Below are positions 18,365-28,581 of a stretch of DNA of 64,000 bases, piece by piece. Origin of the DNA: a bacterium. GTDB taxonomy: Bacteria > Electryoneota > B3-LCP. The DNA lies in the NCBI GenBank assembly GCA_026394195.1, contig JAPKYS010000043.1, positions 83,131 to 147,130 on the forward strand. Reading direction: 5' to 3'. The position numbers were made by a program, and so were the translations under genes. How positions within the stretch are numbered: position 1 is the stretch's first letter; every line of letters begins with the position of its first letter. The notes beneath the pieces were generated by a model that worked only from the letters and a program-made list of their open reading frames with translations, had not been told where the DNA came from and made no database searches.

Positions 18365-20410
18365 ATGAAGAAGAGCTGGATACTCGCAACGGCAGCCGTG
18401 ATCATAATCGCTGGCGTTTTTACCCCTTACACCAAGGTTCACGCCATTGTCGATCTGGGTTGGGCGATCCACCAACCGGGCCCAGCCCATGGTGATGATT
18501 CCCCTGTTGGCGTCGAAGTGGATGCTTCAGGAAATGTCTACGTAGTAGGACATAGTTACCACGATGAAATCACCGGATATGACTATCTGACTATCAAATA
18601 CACACCTGATGGGGCAGTATTGTGGAGATCGTATTATGATAGCCCATCGGAAAATTCTTGGGATGTTCCTATGGATTTTATCCTCAATGATCAAGGGAAT
18701 GTTTACATCACGGGAGAGTGCATCGGGGACGAAAATAATCTTGATTTTGCTACCGTCTGCTTCAATTCGCAGGGACGGCAGTTGTGGGAAGCCATCTACG
18801 CCGGTCCAAACCAATTCAATGATGAGGCGCAAGCTCTCGCGCTGGACGCGGCCGGTAACCTTTACGTTACGGGTCGCTCGTACACTTCCGTAGATAATGC
18901 GGATTTCGCCACTATCAAGTACAATTCGCTGGGCGAACAACAGTGGGTGGCGCTCTACAACGGTCCGGGTAACCGCACGGACTATCCTGTAGATATTGCG
19001 GTCGATGGAACCGGAAATGTATATGTCACAGGAAATAGCGATTCTGATCCATCGCCGCGTTTCAATTACGATTTCGCCACGATTAAATATAATTCAATGG
19101 GCGTACAGCAATGGGTAGTATACCACAACGGTCCCTACAATGGGAATGATTACCCGGTGGCGTTAGCCCTGGATGGTGACGCCAACGTTTATGTGACCGG
19201 CCAGAGCCAGAATGCATCGAACTCAGACTGCATAACCGTGAAATACAACTCGAATGGGGTTCAACAGTGGGTACACGGGTACACCGAGACTCAGGTTGGT
19301 TATCCCATACCCTTTTCGATGAAGTTGGATCGTCAGAATAACGTCGTCATTGCCGGTTGCTACTCGGGAGAAACGGGAAGCAAATACTTCACTCTGAAGC
19401 TGAATAGCGCCGGGGTGCAGCAGTGGGCCAGACTATACCAGAGTAGTGGCACCTGGGGGGAACGAGCCAACGCAGTCGCGGTTGACCGCGACCTGAACGT
19501 TTATGTAACGGGTGAGAGTCACACTTCTTCGTGGTTTCCCACTTGCACTACATTAAAATATGACCAGGCAGGTACTTTGAAATGGACTGCTTACTATGAC
19601 TCGGATCTTGACGCTCTGAAGAGTGGGGTGGATTTAGCCATCGATCGACACGGAAACGTCCTCGTCGCTGCCCAATTTATGTTCATGGAGCAGGCAGATT
19701 ACGATTTTCTCACGCTTAAGTACCACCAAGTTCAGGGTGACGTGGCTGTAGGAATGATTCCGACAGTTTCTCCAATTCAGATCCCCCCAACTGGAGGCAG
19801 TTTTAGCTATCATCTCACCACGGTCAACGGCGTTCGCGACAGTTTGCCGGTTGATCTGTGGTGGCAGATCAACTTTCCAGGCTTATATCCGCGAGTAGTT
19901 AACATAGGATTACAATCACGGGATCTCCCCTTGGACACTTGCGTCATCGTTCGTACCCAGAACGTCTCCGCCAACGTTCCGGCAGGGACATACCAGTATG
20001 CTGCCTATATTGGTGATTTCCCCGAAATAGTTTGGGCGTCCGATACTCTGACCTTTGAGAAACAATCAGACAGTTCCGACCCGTGGGTAACAACTCAAGA
20101 TGAGAGTTTTTCAGGTCCATTTGAAGAGACAGAGCCTGCCACTCCTACGCAGTTCGAACTTTTATGCGTTTTCCCCAACCCCTTCAACCCCAGCACCACC
20201 ATCAGCTACGCGTTGCCGACAGCGGGTCTGGTGAATCTATCCGTCTACGACATTTCGGGGAAGAAGGTGGTGGAGCTGGTGAATGGAACCAGAGACGCAG
20301 GAAAGCAGGAGGTCACTTTCGACGGTTCAAATCTCCCATCGGGAATTTATTTCTGCCGCCTGCAGGCGGGGGTGTGCACCGCGGTGGAGAAGATGGTGCT
20401 GCTGAAATAG
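18365..20410 (+). CDS. SBBP beta-propeller repeat protein with a T9SS C-terminal sorting domain
   Basis: Repeated NVYVTG.S....D..TIKYN..G...W...Y.G units. C-terminus ends ...GIYFCRLQAG..TAVEKMVLLK. Confidence 0.8.
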   Translation: MKKSWILATAAVIIIAGVFTPYTKVHAIVDLGWAIHQPGPAHGDDSPVGVEVDASGNVYVVGHSYHDEITGYDYLTIKYTPDGAVLWRSYYDSPSENSWDVPMDFILNDQGNVYITGECIGDENNLDFATVCFNSQGRQLWEAIYAGPNQFNDEAQALALDAAGNLYVTGRSYTSVDNADFATIKYNSLGEQQWVALYNGPGNRTDYPVDIAVDGTGNVYVTGNSDSDPSPRFNYDFATIKYNSMGVQQWVVYHNGPYNGNDYPVALALDGDANVYVTGQSQNASNSDCITVKYNSNGVQQWVHGYTETQVGYPIPFSMKLDRQNNVVIAGCYSGETGSKYFTLKLNSAGVQQWARLYQSSGTWGERANAVAVDRDLNVYVTGESHTSSWFPTCTTLKYDQAGTLKWTAYYDSDLDALKSGVDLAIDRHGNVLVAAQFMFMEQADYDFLTLKYHQVQGDVAVGMIPTVSPIQIPPTGGSFSYHLTTVNGVRDSLPVDLWWQINFPGLYPRVVNIGLQSRDLPLDTCVIVRTQNVSANVPAGTYQYAAYIGDFPEIVWASDTLTFEKQSDSSDPWVTTQDESFSGPFEETEPATPTQFELLCVFPNPFNPSTTISYALPTAGLVNLSVYDISGKKVVELVNGTRDAGKQEVTFDGSNLPSGIYFCRLQAGVCTAVEKMVLLK

Positions 20411-20478
20411 TCTTCAACTTTGAACTTTTAACTTTCAACTTGTAACTTCAAAAGGGGCGCAGAGTTTGCACCCTTTTT
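20411..20478 (+). repeat. Conserved post-stop element (AACTT-type heptamer array CAACTTTG-AACTTTT-AACTTTC-AACTTGT-AACTTCA) plus terminator hairpin; copy 1
   Basis: Near-identical copies at 22269-22340 and 22630-22700. Confidence 0.8.
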
Positions 20479-20497
20479 CACTATTTGCAGAAAAGAC

Positions 20498-20526
20498 TTG
20501 ACTTTTAGGCGCTTTTTGCTTATATT
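20498..20526 (+). promoter_or_regulatory. Sigma70 consensus promoter TTGACT-N17-TATATT
   Basis: Read directly. Confidence 0.55.
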
Positions 20527-20591
20527 ACGCTTGCCGAAAGGTTGAAATCCAAGTTTTTTAAAACAACAACATAATTGTGGAGGGACGTCTG

Positions 20592-22268
20592 ATGAGCATC
20601 TCAATAATACGCACCGGGGCAGCTGTAATCGTTGTTACCTTGCTGACTGTGCTTCCCGCCTTCAGTCAGGTTACCCAGGAATGGGTCCGGTACTATGATG
20701 GATCCGGAAACCAGAACGATCAAGCTTCCGCGATGGTTGTGGACCCGATGGGGAACGTCATCGTGACCGGTCAGTCCCAGGGCGAGTGGCTGACGATAAA
20801 GTACGATTCGGATGGTAATACACTGTGGTCGATACGTGAAGACGAAGGAGAATGGCCGACCGCGCTGGCGGTCGACGAAATCGGCGACATCTACCTTACC
20901 GGTTATAAATATACCGGATCGGCGATAGAATTATTCAACATTATTACCATAAAGTACAATGCTGACGGAGATCTGCTTTGGGGCGCCTCATACAATGGAC
21001 CCAGCAATCTGGACGATTTGGCCACCGCGATCTGTCTGGATGATTCGGGCTACATTTACGTCACAGGCTCAACAGTCTATTCCTTCGGTACCCAGGACCT
21101 GATTGTAATAAAGTACGACTCAACAGGAGGTTATTCCTCCACCTGGCCAAATACTGGCTTGGGAATTGGAGTTAGAATCTATAATGGGGGCGGCAGCAAC
21201 GGTTACGATTGCGGGCAGTCAATAGCCGTGGATCACGCCGGAAACGTGTATGTAACCGGAGAATCAGCGTCGGGAGGGTCAGGATCGAATATGGACTATG
21301 CGACCCTAAAGTACAGCGCCAGCGGAAACCAGCTCTGGGCAGCGCGTTATGATGGTCCGGTCAACGGAACTGATACGCCGGTTGGCTTGGTTCTGGACGA
21401 TCTGGGTAACGTTTACGTAGCCGGTACCTCCCTGGGCTTCATGAACCAGGGTAATTATCGTAATGACTACGCAACCGTCAAGTATGACGGCGACGGCAAT
21501 CAGATGTGGGCAGCGCGCTACGATGGTCCGATACAATATGAAGATTACTGCCACGACATTGCCATTGATGCTGCCGCCAATATTTATGTGACCGGATGCG
21601 CAGCCAATTCAAGTTATGATATAGCTACAGTAAAGTATAATTCCAATGGAACAGAATTATGGGTTGCCATCTACGACGGTTCTAACCATAATGTAGATCA
21701 AGGCAACACTTTAATGGTTGATCAGGCTGAGAACGTCTACGTGGCAGGTCAAGTTTCAGCCGGCTCATGCGGCTGGGATATTGCGACGGTCAAATATGAT
21801 GCGGCTGGGACTCAAATTTGGGCCATCGAATTCAATGCCGCTGATAGCCTGGGTGACAGACCCGTAGCGATAGCCCTGGATTCAGAAGATAACGTATATG
21901 TGCATGGGACTTCCGGAACAGACGGTGCCTGGGATAACTATGTTACGATCAAATATAACCAGGTTAATGGGATTGAACCAGGGTGGTCTTCGGGTAATCG
22001 ACCTATCAGCTATAAGCTGAATTCCAATTTCCCCAACCCCTTCAACCCCACCACCACGATTAGCTATTCTCTACCGACAACGAGTTTGGTGAATCTGTCA
22101 ATTTATGATGTGTCAGGGAAAAAGGTGGCTGAGTTGGTAAATGGAATGAGAGCAGCAGGAGCCAAGAAGATCACCTTCGACGGCTCTAACCTCACCTCCG
22201 GCATCTATTTCTGCCGATTGCAGGCAGGGGAGTACTCAGCAGTGCAGAAGATGATTCTCCTGAAATAG
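20592..22268 (+). CDS. SBBP beta-propeller repeat protein with a T9SS C-terminal sorting domain
   Basis: Same repeat architecture as the previous gene. C-terminus ends ...GIYFCRLQAGEYSAVQKMILLK. The ATG at 20592 is preceded by GGAGGGA. Confidence 0.8.
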   Translation: MSISIIRTGAAVIVVTLLTVLPAFSQVTQEWVRYYDGSGNQNDQASAMVVDPMGNVIVTGQSQGEWLTIKYDSDGNTLWSIREDEGEWPTALAVDEIGDIYLTGYKYTGSAIELFNIITIKYNADGDLLWGASYNGPSNLDDLATAICLDDSGYIYVTGSTVYSFGTQDLIVIKYDSTGGYSSTWPNTGLGIGVRIYNGGGSNGYDCGQSIAVDHAGNVYVTGESASGGSGSNMDYATLKYSASGNQLWAARYDGPVNGTDTPVGLVLDDLGNVYVAGTSLGFMNQGNYRNDYATVKYDGDGNQMWAARYDGPIQYEDYCHDIAIDAAANIYVTGCAANSSYDIATVKYNSNGTELWVAIYDGSNHNVDQGNTLMVDQAENVYVAGQVSAGSCGWDIATVKYDAAGTQIWAIEFNAADSLGDRPVAIALDSEDNVYVHGTSGTDGAWDNYVTIKYNQVNGIEPGWSSGNRPISYKLNSNFPNPFNPTTTISYSLPTTSLVNLSIYDVSGKKVAELVNGMRAAGAKKITFDGSNLTSGIYFCRLQAGEYSAVQKMILLK

Positions 22269-22340
22269 TCTTCAACTTTGAACTTTTAACATTCAACCTG
22301 TAACTTCAAAAGGGGCGATCCGGGTGGGTTGCCCTTTTTG
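22269..22340 (+). repeat. Conserved post-stop AACTT-heptamer element plus terminator; copy 2
   Basis: TCAACTTTGAACTTTTAACATTCAACCTGTAACTTCAAAAGGGGCGATCCGGGTGGGTTGCCC. Confidence 0.8.
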
Positions 22341-22493
22341 TATGCAATTTTCTGCACGAAGCTGAAACCCGCGGCATTGAGGTTGTTACAGGAGCAACTG
22401 TTTCGATATGGAGCCTGTCCAATAATACGGGAGGGAAGCAATCAACCCTTATCTGTATCATTTGGATGCAGGCAATTCAAAGGAAAGTGAACC

Positions 22494-22649
22494 ATGAAAT
22501 CGTACCGAACTTTCGCAGTAGCAATCGTTACAGTTTTGATAACCTTCACGATTGCGCAGGCTCAGTGGACCCAGGCCTGGTGCCCCACAGCTCTGCTATG
22601 GGTTCGCTTAATCCCCCTTGCCTCCCCCTCCCCAACTTTCAACTTTTAA
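22494..22649 (+). pseudogene. Remnant of a secreted-protein gene: a signal peptide plus about 25 codons, running straight into copy 3 of the post-stop element
   Basis: MKSYRTFAVAIVTVLITFTIAQAQ... then the frame ends inside CAACTTTCAACTTTTAACATTCAACTTATAAC. This is consistent with an internal deletion. Confidence 0.55.
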
Positions 22650-22700
22650 CATTCAACTTATAACTTTAAATTACAACGGGCGGTCAGATGACCGCCCGTC
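22630..22700 (+). repeat. Post-stop AACTT-heptamer element, copy 3 (diverged), plus a terminator hairpin (GGGCGGTCagatGACCGCCC)
   Basis: Direct reading. Confidence 0.7.
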
Positions 22701-22830
22701 TGCGTTGGTGCGTTTGATCGCAGACCGTACCTACAGCCCCAAAGGAAACCATTTCGGCAGTCCTATTCCAAGGCTGAAATAATACGGGTGCGGTGGGTCT
22801 GCCGAAGGTTCTTTGACATAGGAGGTTAAA

Positions 22831-23859
22831 TTGGCGACGCTTTACAAGCGACGAAGTAGGGACGGTACGAACACTTGGTATGTCCTCTATCAGGAGGGCA
22901 ACAAGTCCCGCATGCGATCAACCGGTACGAGCGATAAAACTCTCGCTCATGAGGTGATGAAAAAGATCAAGGAGGATGCGGTGAGAAGGAGTCGCGGATT
23001 GGAACCGATAGAAACCGTGGAGTCGATTCTTCTATCTGAGTTTATTGCTGTGTATTTGACCGAACGGAAGAAGGATGGCAAAATGCCCCGGACTATCGAA
23101 ACCGATTCTTACGCCTTGGGTAGGTTACTCAACCGCATTGGTGACTGTTCTCTAATTTCAATCACCAAGGAATCAGCCCGAAAGTACAAAGGCTACAAGC
23201 TCGAAAACGTTAAACCAGTTTCAGCAAGTATTGAGCTACGGTCAATCCGGGCAGCCTTCAACTGGGCTTTAGAAAAGCCTGGGACTAAATACCTATATAG
23301 CAACCCCTTCAAGCAGAAGGGATTAATCCCAACCGTACCAGGTAGAACAATCCCACCGATTTTCTCACCCGAGGAAAAGGCGAGGTTTCTCGAGTCAATT
23401 GAAGATGAGAATCACAAACGGCTCTTCAAGTTCTTCTTGCTTACGGGTTGCCGGAGAGCTGAAGCGGTGAATTTGAAATGGGCTGACATCGATTTTGAGC
23501 AGAAGCAACTCACCTTTCGCCGAACAAAAACGAAAAGAGATCGGGCTATTCCGATCAACCTCGAACTAATGCAGATACTGATCGCACTTGATCGTACTCA
23601 GGCGAAACCTTTCAGTTTTGGCTCAGATTGGATTTCGCACTTGTTCGAAAGGTATCTGCGCCGGGCAAAGATTGATAGACCGATGTCCCTACATGGTCTA
23701 AGACACACTTGTGCTTCCGACATGGTTCGAGCCGGGGTCCATCTAACCAAGATCCAGAAGTTCCTCGGACACACTTCAGTTAAAACGACAGAGATTTACA
23801 CTCACGTTTTACCTGAAGATTTGCGGGAAGCTGCGGAGGTACTTTCCTGTGTCGGTTAG
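22831..23859 (+). CDS. Tyrosine-type site-specific recombinase/integrase
   Basis: C-terminal catalytic region HGLRHTCASDMVRAGVHL...LGHTSVKTTEIYTHV. Adjacent to tRNA genes. Confidence 0.85.
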   Translation: MATLYKRRSRDGTNTWYVLYQEGNKSRMRSTGTSDKTLAHEVMKKIKEDAVRRSRGLEPIETVESILLSEFIAVYLTERKKDGKMPRTIETDSYALGRLLNRIGDCSLISITKESARKYKGYKLENVKPVSASIELRSIRAAFNWALEKPGTKYLYSNPFKQKGLIPTVPGRTIPPIFSPEEKARFLESIEDENHKRLFKFFLLTGCRRAEAVNLKWADIDFEQKQLTFRRTKTKRDRAIPINLELMQILIALDRTQAKPFSFGSDWISHLFERYLRRAKIDRPMSLHGLRHTCASDMVRAGVHLTKIQKFLGHTSVKTTEIYTHVLPEDLREAAEVLSCVG

Positions 23860-23968
23860 TCGCGTGCAAGGATTTTGCAAGGTTAATCCACAGAAATACC
23901 CTAAAAACACCTCAAAAACCGTAAGATGAGTTCAGGGTAAGTTCTTGTTTATTTGCGTTTTAAGCTTG

Positions 23969-24041
23969 TACGCCCGCTGGGGCTCGAACCCAGAACCTAC
24001 GGCTTAGAAGGCCGTTGCTCTATCCATTGAGCTACAGGCGC
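23969..24041 (-). tRNA. tRNA-Arg (anticodon TCT)
   Basis: Minus-strand read GCGCCTGTAGCTCAATGGATAGAGCAACGGCCTTCTAAGCCGTAGGTTCTGGGTTCGAGCCCCAGCGGGCGTA. Cloverleaf deduced by eye. Confidence 0.8.
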
Positions 24042-24085
24042 AATCGAGCAATCAGGCGATGGATGATGCTGATAAAGCACATTTG

Positions 24086-24160
24086 TCGGGGCGACTGGAT
24101 TTGAACCAGCGACACCCTGGTCCCAAACCAGGTGCGCTACCAGGCTGCGCTACGCCCCGA
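24086..24160 (-). tRNA. tRNA-Pro (anticodon TGG)
   Basis: Minus-strand read CGGGGCGTAGCGCAGCCTGGTAGCGCACCTGGTTTGGGACCAGGGTGTCGCTGGTTCAAATCCAGTCGCCCCGA. Confidence 0.8.
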
Positions 24161-24354
24161 AAGTAATTACGAATGATGAATGATGAGTTATGAGTAGAAA
24201 ACGTCGGAGTGATCCGAACTTATCAAGACGACACCCTGGTCCAAATCCGTTAGAGGGTGAGCCGAAGCAAACGGCGACGCTTGATCTATCCAAAGTTAGC
24301 TTAATAATATACAACTTAAACAACCCTTTGTCAAGTACTTGCCGCAGAATCCTC

Positions 24355-25443
24355 CTACTTGGGCACACGCCAATAGAGCAGCATCCCCACCACGGTGAAG
24401 GTCAGGTTTGCAGTCCAGGCCGCAATGAAGGGTTCCAAAGATCCGCTGTAACCCATAATGCGTCCGGTCTGCTGCATGGCGAAGAACAGGAAGCTGATCA
24501 ATAATCCGATGCCGAACGCCAGCGAAACGCCGCTGCGCCGATACCGGGCGGCGATGGGAACGCCCAACAGAATGACGATGGCGCAGGTCCAGGGCATGGC
24601 TTGCTTGAAAGCCAGCTCGACTTCCCATTTGTGTGGATCACCGCCCATGTCGCGAACTTTCTGCACGAAGTCCAGCAGCTGCCAGTACCCCATATCCTTG
24701 GGATCGGTTTGCACCTTGGCCAGGTCAGAAGGTTTAAAGCCCAGATTCGCGAAGGGTTCACGGACAAAACGCACTTGTCGGATGCTATCGGGCGAGTAGA
24801 AATATTTCCTGCCGCTTTCGAGAACCCAGGTCGAATCCAGCCATAATGCCTTGGGCGCGGTGACGCGCCGTACCATGACTTCCTGATTGAACTGCTGCCA
24901 ATCCAGATCATATATCTGCCCGCGCGTTTGATCAAAATGCTTGATGCGCACCAGTTCTCCCGGTCGGTTGCGCAAGTAAGTCACTCCGCTGCTGCTGACC
25001 TGTTCGGGAGATTCCCCCTTCACATAGTAGCGGTAGATTTGCTGATCGATCTTGTTGCTGTAAGGAACAATTGTTTCGCCGAAGAAAAAATTGCCCGTTG
25101 ATAGCAGCAAACCCAGCACCAGCAGGTGCAACTGGATCCGATGCAGCCCTATCCCCGAGGCTTTCATAGCCGTGATTTCGTTGGTGCGGCTCAAACCGCC
25201 GACGGTAAAAAGCGCTGATAACAGAGCTGCTACCGGCAACACCAGATAGATGATGTTGGGCAGAAAATAGGCGTAATACTCGAAGACAATAATGAACGGG
25301 ACCTTGCGGTCGATGAACTTGTCCAGGTGCTCAACCAGATCGACAACAATAAAAATAACGGTGGCAGCAAGCAGGGCAAACAGGAGCTGCCTGATAAAAA
25401 GATTCAAGACGTAGCGGTCGAATAGTTTAAGTGGAAGTTTCAT
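24355..25443 (-). CDS. LptF/LptG-family LPS export permease (YjgP/YjgQ)
   Basis: 362 aa with an N-terminal three-TM bundle, a periplasmic beta-jellyroll region and C-terminal TMs. Confidence 0.75.
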   Translation of the reverse strand: MKLPLKLFDRYVLNLFIRQLLFALLAATVIFIVVDLVEHLDKFIDRKVPFIIVFEYYAYFLPNIIYLVLPVAALLSALFTVGGLSRTNEITAMKASGIGLHRIQLHLLVLGLLLSTGNFFFGETIVPYSNKIDQQIYRYYVKGESPEQVSSSGVTYLRNRPGELVRIKHFDQTRGQIYDLDWQQFNQEVMVRRVTAPKALWLDSTWVLESGRKYFYSPDSIRQVRFVREPFANLGFKPSDLAKVQTDPKDMGYWQLLDFVQKVRDMGGDPHKWEVELAFKQAMPWTCAIVILLGVPIAARYRRSGVSLAFGIGLLISFLFFAMQQTGRIMGYSGSLEPFIAAWTANLTFTVVGMLLYWRVPK

Positions 25444-25680
25444 GGCTGTCTGACTGAGTTCAACTCGCGAGAACCAATTTCAGATGCAGTGATGAATCAT
25501 ATTTTCTCTTTAGATCAAATATAGGATATTTGCGACTTGCAGTCAAGAGAAAGCTCACTTTGTACGGGTTCGCACCTGAGGTGCTCGACTAAAATTCCTG
25601 CTGAAAGTACTTGAATGCGCTTGAAATCTTTTGCATAATAGTACGGGTAACAACCTGCTCTATCCTCTTAGAACGACACC

Positions 25681-28566
25681 ATGTTCCAAAGTAAGAGAAA
25701 ATCCAGCACAAAGGAAGATCTTCGGACCGAGCTGAAGGCATGTGGTAAGCGCATTTCAGAGCTTGAAATGCTGGTCAGGGATACCGCCTCGCGAAGAAGT
25801 GAATCAGCTGATGTTGCTGAATATCAGCGTCTTTCGGCTGAAAACGCGGCAGACGTCATCTGGGTGGCGGACCTCGATCTGAGATTACTCTATGTCAGTC
25901 CCTCGATTGAGAAGATGACGGGTTATTCAGTCGAAGAGACCCTCTCGGGATTAGTTCATGCTCATCTCACTCCCAATTCACTTCAGGAAGTCAGGGAGTT
26001 AAACCAAAAAATCGTCGCCCTTGAAAAAGGGGGAGACTTAAAAGCCGATCAAAGCTGGACAATGGAGGTCGAATACGTTCGTAAGGACGGATCGAAAACC
26101 TGGATTGAGATAAAATCCAGGCTGCTCAGAACCCCTGATGGAAAACTGAAAGGGTTTTTAGGTATCAACCGCGACATTTCAGACCGCAAGCGTGTAGAAG
26201 ATCTATTAAGGCTGCATTTGGAAAATTACACCCGCCTTTTAGAAAACATCCACAGCGGCATAGCGCTGGTCAATTATCAAGGAATTTTTCTATATCTAAA
26301 TACGCCAGCCGCAAAAGCTCTGGGCAAACGAGTCGATGAGATTGTCGGAAAGACACAATGGGATATCTTCCCAAAGGAAATCGCCGATGCGCAGATGGTA
26401 ACAATCCGAAAAGTGATCGAAGCAAGAAAGGAATATAGAGGCGACGCCAAAACCTGGGTGAACAATGAGTGGAGATGGTATAATACGATTTTGCAGCCTT
26501 TTAAAAATGCTGAAGATCAAGAATACGTTGCGCTGGTCATCATTCATGATATTACAGAACGCAAACGGGCTGAGCAAGAATGGGCGCAATCTCACGACGT
26601 TCTACAACAACACATCACTGACAAAAGCCTGGAATTGAACCGTGAGTTGGAAGAGCGCAAGCGGGTCGAAGCTCAATTAGAATTGCTGAACATGGCTGTT
26701 GAACAGAGCACTGAAGGGATTATGGTCAGCAACATGGATGGCTATATTGTCTATGTAAATAATCATCTCGCCATGCTGCACGGATATACAAAAGAAGAAC
26801 TGATCGGCAAACACCTGTCCATTTTCCACACTGCGGAACAGATGGAAAGTGTTCGAATAGCCGCAGAACGAACTTTAAAGTCCGATCAATTCAGTGGAGA
26901 ATTGTGGCAGGTACGCAAGGATGGTTCTGTCTTCCCCGGATATGTGCACGGCACCATTTTCCGCGATGAAAAGGGTGCTCCTCTTGGCGTTCTGGGCACT
27001 TTGAGCGACATTACCAACCGAAAATTGGCAGAGTTGGCTCTGAAATCCAGCGAGGAACGCTACCGTCTGCTGGTGGAAACCTCTCCTGACGCCATACTTA
27101 CCACCAATCTTGATGGCAAAATTTTGTCCATCAACGTCCAGATGGCAACCATGTTCGGTTTCAATGGCACCAACGATCCCGCGATTATCGGTCAATCGGC
27201 ATTAAATATAATAAATCCTGAGGACCGCCCCGAAGTTCGTAAACGTAAACCGGAGGTGATGCAGCTTCTTCAGGTGAAAAACCTCCAATTTCGTGCCCAA
27301 AGGAAGGATGGAAGTAATTTCTATGTTGAAATCAACGCTGCTCTTTTCGAGGATGCAAATGAAAAGCCTCTGGGTTTTATCGGGATCCTCCGCGATATAA
27401 CTGAGCGGAAGGGCGCTGAAGAGGCGCTGAAATCCAGCGAAGAGCAATACCGCAAACTGGTGGAAACGATGCGGGAAGGACTACTCCTGAACGATGAAAA
27501 CGCCCATATGACTTTTGTAAATCAAAGATTCTGTGAGATGGTAGGCTACCCGCGGGAAGAATTGATCGGCGCCAGTTTTGGCATCCTGGTTAGTCAAGAG
27601 GACATTCCGGAAGGTCGCTCACAGATCGAGAAACGGCGCCTTGGCATTGAAACACCCTATGAAATCACTCTCCGACATAAAAATGGTGAAAAAATAATCG
27701 TCTCCATTTCCCCCAAGGCGCTTTTCGATAACGATGGGAATTACCGGGGCAGCTTCGGCGTCGTCACCGACATTACTGAACGCAAGCGTGTGGAAGATGA
27801 ATTGAATTTATACCGGGAGAAATTGGAGCATCTGGTCAGTGAGCGTACGACCAGAATTCTGCAACTGGAAAGAGAGAAAATTGAGACTGAAAAACTTGCT
27901 GCCGCCGGACGTATGGCTGCTCAGGTGGCTCACGAAATCAATAACCCGTTGGCGGGAATAAAGAGCGCATTCGGTCTGGTAGCCGGTGGCGTCCCTGCCG
28001 ATTACCCATATTATCACTATATTTCCAATATCAACAAAGAGATCGATCGGATTGGAAAAATTGTAGAACGGATGTATCGCCTCTATCGAGTGGATGAAGA
28101 GGCGGCAACCGAATTTGTTCTGGACAGCGTCATCGCCGAGATCCTCGATCTGATCAAACAGGAGCCCCGTTGCATAGAGAGAAAAATTCGGTTAAAAGCG
28201 CTCTCCAAAGCGGCTGGATTGAAGATAAAAGTCCCGGAAAACCTACTGCGGCAGATTTTGTTTAATCTTTTAAAAAATGCCGTCGAAGCATCCCCACAGC
28301 AGGGTATCGTGGAACTCTGCACTAGGGCTCAGCATGGTCGAATCGTTATAACCTGCCGCGATCAAGGCAGCGGCATTCCGGAAGAGATACGCGGAAAAAT
28401 ATTTGAACCGTTCTTCACCACCAAGAGTTCTCTGCCCAGCCCGGGATTGGGAATGGGGCTGTCGATCACCAAAAGCCTGGTGGAAGTAATGCGAGGAACC
28501 ATCGCCTTCAGCAGCGAAGTAAATCAGGGTACGACATTCAGGATAGAAATACCTCTACCAAATTAA
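25681..28566 (+). CDS. Multi-PAS sensor histidine kinase
   Basis: Several PAS/PAC repeats (DITERKRAE linkers), H-box HEINNPLAGI and the G2 box GLGMGLSITKSLVE. Confidence 0.85.
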   Translation: MFQSKRKSSTKEDLRTELKACGKRISELEMLVRDTASRRSESADVAEYQRLSAENAADVIWVADLDLRLLYVSPSIEKMTGYSVEETLSGLVHAHLTPNSLQEVRELNQKIVALEKGGDLKADQSWTMEVEYVRKDGSKTWIEIKSRLLRTPDGKLKGFLGINRDISDRKRVEDLLRLHLENYTRLLENIHSGIALVNYQGIFLYLNTPAAKALGKRVDEIVGKTQWDIFPKEIADAQMVTIRKVIEARKEYRGDAKTWVNNEWRWYNTILQPFKNAEDQEYVALVIIHDITERKRAEQEWAQSHDVLQQHITDKSLELNRELEERKRVEAQLELLNMAVEQSTEGIMVSNMDGYIVYVNNHLAMLHGYTKEELIGKHLSIFHTAEQMESVRIAAERTLKSDQFSGELWQVRKDGSVFPGYVHGTIFRDEKGAPLGVLGTLSDITNRKLAELALKSSEERYRLLVETSPDAILTTNLDGKILSINVQMATMFGFNGTNDPAIIGQSALNIINPEDRPEVRKRKPEVMQLLQVKNLQFRAQRKDGSNFYVEINAALFEDANEKPLGFIGILRDITERKGAEEALKSSEEQYRKLVETMREGLLLNDENAHMTFVNQRFCEMVGYPREELIGASFGILVSQEDIPEGRSQIEKRRLGIETPYEITLRHKNGEKIIVSISPKALFDNDGNYRGSFGVVTDITERKRVEDELNLYREKLEHLVSERTTRILQLEREKIETEKLAAAGRMAAQVAHEINNPLAGIKSAFGLVAGGVPADYPYYHYISNINKEIDRIGKIVERMYRLYRVDEEAATEFVLDSVIAEILDLIKQEPRCIERKIRLKALSKAAGLKIKVPENLLRQILFNLLKNAVEASPQQGIVELCTRAQHGRIVITCRDQGSGIPEEIRGKIFEPFFTTKSSLPSPGLGMGLSITKSLVEVMRGTIAFSSEVNQGTTFRIEIPLPN

Positions 28567-28581
28567 GCACGGGAGTATTCG

